This document shows positions 1-6,968 of a stretch of 53,003 nt of DNA, one piece after another. Position 1 is the first letter of the stretch. Each line of letters opens with the position of its first letter. A program made the position numbers and the translations under genes. The stretch is from IMG/VR virus record IMGVR_UViG_3300030101_003060, positions 1 to 53,003 of that record. The stretch is one strand, 5' to 3'. The notes below the pieces were generated by a model. It saw only the letters and a program-made list of their open reading frames with translations. It did not search any database and was not told the origin of the DNA. Origin of the DNA: a virus (taxonomy: Duplodnaviria > Caudoviricetes).

Positions 1-530
1 ATCTCTTCTGTCTCTTCAACCTTTGAAGGAACAGGATACATTGCAGACATTGAACCACACTTCTCAGGCTTGATGCCTGAGATAATGAACTCACGCTCTT
101 CCTTGTCCAACAAAGGAAAAGCCTCTTGAACAAGAGAGCCTTCAATGTACCGCTGCAATTCTTTCTCTGTCACATGGATAACCACATACACTTGCTGTTC
201 ATCAGCAGTCATGGGTACAGTCTTACCCAGAATGACAACAGACTCTCTCGGAAACCGCAGGATGTGCATGTTGCCACCCGTAAGTCCCCACAGTGCAGTA
301 CCAATACAGTAATGATTCTCTGAAAGATACCGATCAATCTCGCAATGAATTGCCGCGTCCTCCTCACAAAAGAACGCATCTCTTCCGAGAACTTCACCCG
401 TTATCTTGGACACACCATACTCATCTTCAGGAGCGAGAAACCAATATACTCCATCGTCACATTTCACTCTGCGTGAGTATCCACCACTAGAGTAGATCAA
501 CTTAATACTTACATTTTTACCTGATTTCAT
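1..530 (-). CDS. hypothetical protein (~179 aa), wraps across the window ends; acidic C-terminal tail ...VEETEEIPF
   Basis: Not in the ORF track. The frame is open from ATG at 530 (RBS AGAAAGGAAAGCA) to position 1: MKSGKNVSIK...VQEAFPLLDKEEREFIISG...VEETEE. It closes as IPF-TGA (52999-52990) if the ends are joined at the shared ATCT. Confidence 0.75.
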   Translation of the reverse strand, partial: MKSGKNVSIKLIYSSGGYSRRVKCDDGVYWFLAPEDEYGVSKITGEVLGRDAFFCEEDAAIHCEIDRYLSENHYCIGTALWGLTGGNMHILRFPRESVVILGKTVPMTADEQQVYVVIHVTEKELQRYIEGSLVQEAFPLLDKEEREFIISGIKPEKCGSMSAMYPVPSKVEETEE

Positions 531-552
531 TGCTTTCCTTTCTAAGCAAAGT

Positions 553-598
553 CCACCCCCGCCGCCGGGGGCCGTCTGCCCCGGCGGCGTAGGGGTGG
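553..598 (-). promoter_or_regulatory. GC-rich intergenic hairpin H1 before an RBS
   Basis: CCACCCC-TA-CGCCGCCGGGG...CCCCGGCGGCG-GGGGTGG, followed by TTTGCTTAGAAAGGAAAGCAATG. Confidence 0.7.
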
Positions 599-608
599 TA
601 ATCATCGC

Positions 609-914
609 TCATTCTCCTTTGCACTTGACATCAGCAGGCAAGTACAAGTCCTGCCCACACTTACACACAGTACTGTTCTCATAGGTGTGATCATTCACCT
701 TATCACACCGACCACATGTAATGATCAAGTCATCCATTGCCACATAGAACAGGCGCTCCGCCCATTCTTCAAGGTCACGTTCCGCGTGGGGATCACTGTA
801 TGTAATCGTGTGGAGATAATCATAAATCTCCTGAGCAAGACTACTCTCAAGCTCACCAATACACTGAGTCTGAATCGTGCAACCGTTGAACATGACTTCA
901 TAAGTGTTATTCAT
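609..914 (-). CDS. hypothetical protein with C-terminal Zn-ribbon-like CxxC...CxCG
   Basis: Start reassigned to MNNTYEV (914), which has RBS AGAAAGGAAG. The track's N-terminal extension is the hairpin H2. Motifs CGRC and CKCG. Confidence 0.7.
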   Translation of the reverse strand: MNNTYEVMFNGCTIQTQCIGELESSLAQEIYDYLHTITYSDPHAERDLEEWAERLFYVAMDDLIITCGRCDKVNDHTYENSTVCKCGQDLYLPADVKCKGE

Positions 915-935
915 TTGCTTCCTTTCTAAATGCAA

Positions 936-986
936 ATGCCCGGCTCGGCGGCCGGAGGCTTTGCGTGGCCGCCGAAGACGGGGCAT
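936..986 (-). promoter_or_regulatory. GC-rich intergenic hairpin H2 before an RBS
   Basis: ATGCCC..TCGGCGGCC-loop-GGCCGCCGA..GGGCAT, followed by TTTGCATTTAGAAAGGAAGCAAATG. Confidence 0.7.
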
Positions 987-1049
987 ATAACCTATGTGTC
1001 TTATGTCGGTTCATTACCAGATCCACCTAGAGACACAACAGTACCTAGA

Positions 1050-1079
1050 AAAAAGGGGAGTACCCGAAGGTACCCCCCA
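1050..1079 (-). terminator. intrinsic terminator
   Basis: GGGGGGTACC-TTCG-GGTACTCCCC-TTTTTT immediately after the stop at 1084. Confidence 0.85.
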
Positions 1080-1083
1080 CACA

Positions 1084-1338
1084 TCAGATGAGACCTTCAA
1101 TAGGGGTCTCAACAGACTTAGGCTTGGAAGGGGACTTGGGCTTGTCCCCAGTCCACTTGCACAGCGTGAACACACCCTTGGGATACTCGGACATCTCCCA
1201 GTCCGAGGGAGAACCATCCTCATTGAGGAGCATGATAATGGGACGATTCGTGACCGTCCTACCATCAGCAAACTTACGGGTGGGCTTAGCCGGGGCAACA
1301 ACCAGAACCATCTTCTCGCAAAAGTCATCCATGTTCAT
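1084..1338 (-). CDS. hypothetical protein
   Basis: ORF MNMDDFCEK... with GGAG RBS, followed by a terminator. Confidence 0.7.
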   Translation of the reverse strand: MNMDDFCEKMVLVVAPAKPTRKFADGRTVTNRPIIMLLNEDGSPSDWEMSEYPKGVFTLCKWTGDKPKSPSKPKSVETPIEGLI

Positions 1339-1370
1339 GACGAACTCCAATAAGAGATAAACCACACCCA

Positions 1371-1417
1371 CTCACCGTGAGCGGCTGCGGCCGATAGGCA
1401 GCCGCTCAGACGGAGAG
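1371..1417 (-). promoter_or_regulatory. GC-rich intergenic hairpin H3
   Basis: Perfect 11-bp stem TGAGCGGCTGC/GCAGCCGCTCA plus an outer stem, followed by TTTATCTCTT and an RBS. Confidence 0.7.
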
Positions 1418-1541
1418 AACCAATTAGACTAATACACCTACAGAGATAGACATACCCGTGGATAGATAGGGGGTAGGGTGGCCCCTAGGTGGCTGATCTG
1501 GTAGTAGGAGAAAGACCCCTGCCCTATCAAAATTCCTTGGC

Positions 1542-1785
1542 TGGTACGTTTGGTACAGGTCTGGTACGCCGCAAATCGGCCTTCTTGCCCCCTATACCGG
1601 CGTTTTGTACCGCACGTACCACATGTGCCATACCGCACGCAATTACTACCTACCCTTTATACCCCACTAGATCTCTCTAAGTATGGTACATATGGTACAA
1701 AGTGGTGTAAAGTGTTGTGTGTAAAGAGGTTAGGGGTGTACCACACCCACCCACTGGCATGGTACACCCCTGGTACGTCTGGTAC
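1542..1785. repeat. iteron cluster (TGGTAC), putative replication origin
   Basis: TGGTAC at 1542, 1551, 1562, 1684, 1693, 1760, 1771 and 1780; inverted GTACCA at 1616 and 1738. 11-bp inverted repeat GGGGTGTACCA/TGGTACACCCC. Lies directly 3' of the helicase gene. Confidence 0.75.
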
Positions 1786-1789
1786 GCAC

Positions 1790-3178
1790 CTAGCCCTTAA
1801 GGCTCAAACCCCGCAACCCGCGTTTGCCTCCCCCGCCAATCCGGGTCCTCCGCAGGTCCCAAGTCGTTTCTTGCACCAACTTGTAGACCAACTGGTTCTG
1901 GCTAAGTGGGGGGACACGGAGGCCCTTGCTCCATTCTTTCCAATGATAGAACAAGACCTCGGAACTGACGAATCCAGCGTCCTTAACTTCAAACCGAGAA
2001 GCCAGAAACTCGTCAATCGGGTTGTTGACGGTGTGGTATTCCTCGATCAAGACGTTGGAGTTTTCTGGCATCGGGAACTTCTTCTTTGGGTCCTTCTCTT
2101 CTTCAAGAGTCTTGGCCCCCTGCCAAGCCCAATACGCAATACCGGGCAACTCTTCCAACAACTGCTCTGCAAGTCGATAGTTCTCTCGACCCACAAAGCT
2201 CACCGTAAAGGGTAGAAGTACCATCTTCCCTGACAGCCCAAGCCCCTTGTTGGGAAGCCGGGGGATTTCATTGGACTGCATGACTGGGACGGCTTCCACG
2301 ACCACGTTCCTAAGTGGCTGCTCGAACTTCCGGTTGATGGAGATGGGGTCTTTCCCCACAATCGACTTGATGACTCGACATGCGGCTTCTCCCTCACGAT
2401 TTGAAATTTCCGATACTTCATTAATTGCCATCACCTTTGCCTGCTCAATGCCCCAAAGCCCGAACTGACCAGCGATATCCTCCAGACAAGTACCCATATA
2501 GCCCTCACCAAGGAGAGCCTTCAACACGGACATGATAGTGCCCTTGCCGCCACGAATCTTACCGTACATCAAAAACCACTTTGCGTAGTCCCGATGAGGC
2601 AATAGGCAATACCCAAACATTCGCTGGAGTAGTTTGACCCAATCAGAATCTCCCCCGCTCCACTCCTTCAAACAACGATGCCAGATTGGGCATGTCGCTG
2701 AAGGGTCAAAGCTCACGGGAAGAACATGAGGATCGAAGAAGGTTTCATCTCGCTTGTACTTCATTCCCGTATTGGCATCCATCACCAGATCTTGGAATGA
2801 AATAAGGCTTCGGCATTCCTTGGTCTGGGGAGCCGTCAGCCACACGGGACTCTTTTCATGGGGCAATGTCTGCAAAGCCTGTAAGGCTCTCAGGACCCCT
2901 CTCACCTTCTCGATGGTGGGACCATACCTGACAGACCTCTGGCCGTTCTGGGTCGCTTGCTGGAACGATACGTTCTCCAAAGCAACCCACAAAGCACTTT
3001 CAACCCACTCAATATCGCGGGTTTGCCACTTTTCTCCATACCACTCGTAAAAATTTCCTCTCCAATACCATAATCCGTTTCGATTATTAGGAGTGGAAAA
3101 CCTTGTGTTCAGCAGGTATCGTGCAACCTGCATAGGTTCGGGGGACACCAAGGTGGGTGTTTGTGTCCGGTTAGTCAT
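1790..3178 (-). CDS. P4/D5-family SF3 helicase (primase-helicase C-terminal type)
   Basis: Walker A YGKIRGGKGT, Walker B-like INEVSE, motif C MQSNEIP; CPIWHRCL..W and LQRMFGYCL are typical of the D5 family; C-terminal winged-helix-like end. Confidence 0.9.
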   Translation of the reverse strand: MTNRTQTPTLVSPEPMQVARYLLNTRFSTPNNRNGLWYWRGNFYEWYGEKWQTRDIEWVESALWVALENVSFQQATQNGQRSVRYGPTIEKVRGVLRALQALQTLPHEKSPVWLTAPQTKECRSLISFQDLVMDANTGMKYKRDETFFDPHVLPVSFDPSATCPIWHRCLKEWSGGDSDWVKLLQRMFGYCLLPHRDYAKWFLMYGKIRGGKGTIMSVLKALLGEGYMGTCLEDIAGQFGLWGIEQAKVMAINEVSEISNREGEAACRVIKSIVGKDPISINRKFEQPLRNVVVEAVPVMQSNEIPRLPNKGLGLSGKMVLLPFTVSFVGRENYRLAEQLLEELPGIAYWAWQGAKTLEEEKDPKKKFPMPENSNVLIEEYHTVNNPIDEFLASRFEVKDAGFVSSEVLFYHWKEWSKGLRVPPLSQNQLVYKLVQETTWDLRRTRIGGGGKRGLRGLSLKG

Positions 3179-3230
3179 ACCTTAAATCTCCAAAGTAAAC
3201 AGGGTAAATACCAAACAGGGAATCCTTTCA

Positions 3231-4541
3231 ATGGCAAAGAAACGCCAAGAAGAAAATGAACGGAAGACGGAAGAAGAAAACGCCGCAGGACCTCCAAAGC
3301 AGGAAGCGATTACCCCTGAAGGTACCAGCCCCAATACCAGAAATCCCTTGGCGGATTATGCCGCCTTTATGCGGATGATGGGGCAACAAAACGCCAACAC
3401 CCGTCGATATGAGAGTGTACTCGAAGCGACTCGACGCGCCAACCAAATGATCAATCTTCCACGAGATCCGGTCAAAACAAAAAGAATTGATGATCGTCGT
3501 CGTGCCATGAATGTTTCAGAACATCATGGCAGAAGCCAGTTTATGAAAGATCGGGATGAACGAGTCCGTGAACAAATTTTCATGGACAATCTCGACAAAA
3601 TGGTTGAGAGGAATTGGAGGCGAAGCCAAAGAGATTCCGATGAATCTCTGGACGATCTGAGCCATGAAGAAGTTACGGCAATGATGGAGAGAGCAAAAGC
3701 AAGAGATGCTCAGATGACAGAGGAAGGTCGGGTAATTCGAGGAACACTCCCCGAACACTCTCCCGAGGAAACCGGACCTGAGATGACTCATCCGCCTCAT
3801 TACTCTCCTCCTCCAGTAATGGATCATCCTCCTTACTACGCTCCTCCGACAAACGAAATTCCTCCCGGCATGGAGGCAAACCCTCTTGAACAACTTCATG
3901 GACCCCCAGAAGAAGCACCGCCTTTTACTCTTTACCCTTACCCATCATTTGAAGATTCAACTGTCTTTGACGACACGGACTCTCCTCCCGTGGGCACAGA
4001 GTATGACACCACCCCTGAACCAATGTATGGGTATATGAATCCAAATGTCCATCAACCCCCTCTTGATGCGTCATTTGCTCCTCCTCCGTTCAACCCCATG
4101 GCGGACTTTTATGGTATGAGCAATACCATTGGAGGAATGGCTCAACAAGGACTTGCTGAAGCAGAACAGTTTGCCGGAAGACTTGCAGGACAACAAACAC
4201 ATGGGCAGGGATATCCGCAGATGGCGGCTGATTGGATGGCCCAAAACAACCCCATGCACAACCTCAAGCTCCAAAGTGACATACTGAAACTAAGAGCAAA
4301 GAACCTTAAGGAAATTCACGACGAGGCGGCGCACACAGGTCCAAATGTCATGTACCGGCATTGGCGGGACAATGTTTACGATCCCCGAACCGGAACTCCT
4401 CAAAGAGGTTTTGCTCGTCCGATGACTCATCCGCCTGCTCCTCCGGTACCTACATACGCCCCTCCCACGAATGAAATTCCTCCGGGAATGACTGCACCAG
4501 AAGTTTATCGAAGGCTTCACCCACCAATCCACACTCGATAA
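3231..4541 (+). CDS. proline-rich, probably disordered hypothetical protein with an internal repeat
   Basis: 436-aa ORF; MTHPP...YAPPTNEIPPGM occurs twice. Confidence 0.8.
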   Translation: MAKKRQEENERKTEEENAAGPPKQEAITPEGTSPNTRNPLADYAAFMRMMGQQNANTRRYESVLEATRRANQMINLPRDPVKTKRIDDRRRAMNVSEHHGRSQFMKDRDERVREQIFMDNLDKMVERNWRRSQRDSDESLDDLSHEEVTAMMERAKARDAQMTEEGRVIRGTLPEHSPEETGPEMTHPPHYSPPPVMDHPPYYAPPTNEIPPGMEANPLEQLHGPPEEAPPFTLYPYPSFEDSTVFDDTDSPPVGTEYDTTPEPMYGYMNPNVHQPPLDASFAPPPFNPMADFYGMSNTIGGMAQQGLAEAEQFAGRLAGQQTHGQGYPQMAADWMAQNNPMHNLKLQSDILKLRAKNLKEIHDEAAHTGPNVMYRHWRDNVYDPRTGTPQRGFARPMTHPPAPPVPTYAPPTNEIPPGMTAPEVYRRLHPPIHTR

Positions 4542-4554
4542 GTAGGAGGTTGCA

Positions 4555-6279
4555 ATGGCAAAAAGTCCCCGTCGAAAATTGCAGATAGGCCCCATTAAAA
4601 GAGCTTCTACTTCCGGTCTTTTCGGAGGGGACATGGAGCGTCTTGGTCTGGGGATGCCCGAGCTTGATCCTTTGGAAAGACTTAAGGCTGTCTTGGCGAA
4701 AACAAGCCCTAAAGGCCAAGTCACGGGTTTTGCGTCAGGCATTGAAGTTGAAGAAGCCATTGAGCATTGGCTTAAGGGTCAACCCCGTGACGTTCAAACT
4801 CAAGTAAGACGTTTTCTTCGACAGCAAGAAATTGCCAATCGACAACAAACAGAACTCACCAAGGCTTTTTCTGAAAGCGTAAAGCGTAAGGGGGGGACTA
4901 AAACCCAAGCAGGGCTTCTTGACGTTGATTCTGGGTTTGATTCAAGAGAGGCTGAAATTCGTCGTGCCATGCAGGAGTTTAATCTCCGAGAAGACGACGT
5001 TGCAAAAATGACGCAAGATCATGTTGATGATCTTATGAAGACTCGTCGTAGCCCAGCAGTTGCAAGGGCTATGGCAGATGAGATTTCAGAGCAGTACAAA
5101 GAACAAAGGAAGAGGGATGCAAAAGGTCTAGGAGGTCCAAGCCCTACCGAAGGTAGCGTACAAACCCCAGACGACCTTATGTTTGATGTCCGTAGGCCAG
5201 AATCTAAAGCCGCAAGAGAAGCCGCTTTAGGTAGGGGTCTTACTGATAGAGAACTTGCTCAAAAGTTAAGGGCCAACAACGCTTTTGTGATTAAGAGCCA
5301 CGGCCAAGAATTTCAGTTTAGCCCCACTAAAGCAGGCAAGTGGCGAATTACCCGCAACCGACTCGTCAATGTAGGCAAGGGAAAGTTTAGTCTTGAGCCT
5401 TCAAGTTGGACACAGGGAAGTGTTGAGCAATTTATTAAGGCTCTCCCATGGGGTAAGGCGGATAAAGACAAAGTAGAAGCGGTCAAGAACCATATTAGGT
5501 CAAAACTTCTTTCTCCTAACCCTAAAGGCCGACCTGCTACTGGACCCCAATTTGGTTTTGAAATCAAGAACTCCACTTTGTTGGGGGGTAAAGACCCACT
5601 TAAAAAGAATTTGGGTTTTGCTACTCTTGACGAAAAAACGAAAGCCAAGAAAAAAGCGGGGGTGGATAAGAAGATTCCGGGACGGCCTGTTCGCAGAGCA
5701 ATGACAAACAAGGTCATTAAAACTTTCCACGAAGCGCCTCACACAGATGGGACTATGAGGACATTCCTTCATCACCCCGCAGTAAATGACCTTAAGGGGA
5801 ATAGAACATATTTCCGAACAGACGGAAGCCTTACTCCAGCAGGCATGAAGAAGTACAAGGATCTTTTCTTCGTTTCTGTTATGGATCCCGCAAGACTGGC
5901 TCAATCCAAAGCCTTCCACAAGAAACAAAAGGCTAAAGCCATTGCAGATGTAGACAAGGTTGAAGTTGTTACGATGCAGGACGAGCCTAAGACTCGAAAA
6001 GCAAGCATGAGGGAAATCAATAAGGCTGCGGAACTTGCCAAAACCCCTCCGTCCCCACTTCCAATAGAACACCCTCTTAGGCGTACAGGTCCGGAAAAAG
6101 AAGTTCGACGTGCAAGGCACATGCTTAAGACTGAGCCTCGGAAAGTTTTGAATCGCCCAGAAGTTCGTAGCTTTATTCAGAAGGCTCTTCGCAGGGGAGG
6201 ACCGATGGCCCTTATCGCTCTTGCTTTGCTTACGGGCGGAGGTATGATGTTTGCAGGATCACAAAATGAAGCAGCCTGA
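4555..6279 (+). CDS. basic hypothetical protein with C-terminal hydrophobic helix
   Basis: 574-aa ORF, RBS AGGAGG, C-terminus RRGGPMALIALALLTGGGMMFAG. Confidence 0.85.
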   Translation: MAKSPRRKLQIGPIKRASTSGLFGGDMERLGLGMPELDPLERLKAVLAKTSPKGQVTGFASGIEVEEAIEHWLKGQPRDVQTQVRRFLRQQEIANRQQTELTKAFSESVKRKGGTKTQAGLLDVDSGFDSREAEIRRAMQEFNLREDDVAKMTQDHVDDLMKTRRSPAVARAMADEISEQYKEQRKRDAKGLGGPSPTEGSVQTPDDLMFDVRRPESKAAREAALGRGLTDRELAQKLRANNAFVIKSHGQEFQFSPTKAGKWRITRNRLVNVGKGKFSLEPSSWTQGSVEQFIKALPWGKADKDKVEAVKNHIRSKLLSPNPKGRPATGPQFGFEIKNSTLLGGKDPLKKNLGFATLDEKTKAKKKAGVDKKIPGRPVRRAMTNKVIKTFHEAPHTDGTMRTFLHHPAVNDLKGNRTYFRTDGSLTPAGMKKYKDLFFVSVMDPARLAQSKAFHKKQKAKAIADVDKVEVVTMQDEPKTRKASMREINKAAELAKTPPSPLPIEHPLRRTGPEKEVRRARHMLKTEPRKVLNRPEVRSFIQKALRRGGPMALIALALLTGGGMMFAGSQNEAA

Positions 6280-6739
6280 GTGGGAACACCAAGGGGACGC
6301 AGGTAAGGTCCTTTCATTCTTTGATGCCGATGCAGCAGCAAAAGCACTGGAACTCAACTCCTTCAGTATTGAGGAGGAAGTTTCTACTCTCATTCAGCAC
6401 ATGCGTGATCCAGATGCTAAGATTGCATTGCGTGCCCACAACCAACTCCGTCGAGTCCTTAATGAAGTTGCAAAGGCCAATGGGTTGATTACAACCCAGG
6501 AGTTTACACAGACAAATGAACAAGGAAACCAGAGTGTCAGAATCACCCGCAACCAAAAGCTACTCTCGAACCTCAAAGCCACGACCCACCGATCAAACCT
6601 CCCCGAAAACCCCGACTTCGCTGCTCAGTATCTCCCCCCAGCAGGAAGAGACACTGACCTCAATGAAGAAAATGGGTCCGATGGGACTGGCGAGATCGGC
6701 GGGTCAGGTACTATTCGACTTGGCGATAATGGACATTGA
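6266..6739 (+). CDS. hypothetical protein, terminase small subunit candidate
   Basis: Helical ORF upstream of TerL; start MKQPEW with AGGA RBS. Function assigned by position only. Confidence 0.5.
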   Translation: MKQPEWEHQGDAGKVLSFFDADAAAKALELNSFSIEEEVSTLIQHMRDPDAKIALRAHNQLRRVLNEVAKANGLITTQEFTQTNEQGNQSVRITRNQKLLSNLKATTHRSNLPENPDFAAQYLPPAGRDTDLNEENGSDGTGEIGGSGTIRLGDNGH

Positions 6740-6968
6740 TGGTTTGGTGGGATCTCGGGAACGATTTGGTTCTCTCATCTATTCTTACTACATCCAAAAG
6801 GATGAACCCACCAAGAACTTCTTCCGCAACTGGAAGCACACTTATCCGCATTCCATGGTGAAGAACAACCCCATCTCCTACGTCGCAACTCTTTCCCGTA
6901 TTGCGACTGTCGAACTACTCGCCAAGGGGGAATTGGATGCGAATACGTCGAATACCGACGAGAAGTGA
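6663..6968 (+). CDS. hypothetical protein (start uncertain)
   Basis: Fills the gap between 6739 and TerL; part of track ORF 6516-6968. Confidence 0.5.
   Translation: MKKMGPMGLARSAGQVLFDLAIMDIDGLVGSRERFGSLIYSYYIQKDEPTKNFFRNWKHTYPHSMVKNNPISYVATLSRIATVELLAKGELDANTSNTDEK

Noticed and set aside
209-397. Track ORF with HCGD/CTSC (Zn-finger-looking)
   Set aside because: It lies out of frame inside the longer 530->1 ORF, which has a strong RBS.
553-1417. GC hairpins as integron attC sites
   Set aside because: No RYYYAAC...GTTRRRY core arrangement, and no tyrosine recombinase in the genome.
1542-1785. Possible CRISPR or mini-array
   Set aside because: The repeats are only 6 bp, in mixed orientation, with no 25-40 nt repeat-spacer period and no cas genes. 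The PD-(D/E)XK gene sits in a recombination module.
1438-2215. ORFs 1438-1638, 1489-1680 and 1550-2215 with GT/VP/WY repeats
   Set aside because: These are translations of the TGGTAC iterons and of the helicase antisense strand.
3783-4490. Repeat pair as DGR template/variable repeats
   Set aside because: The repeats are short, in-frame within one gene, with differences not confined to adenines, and no reverse transcriptase is present.
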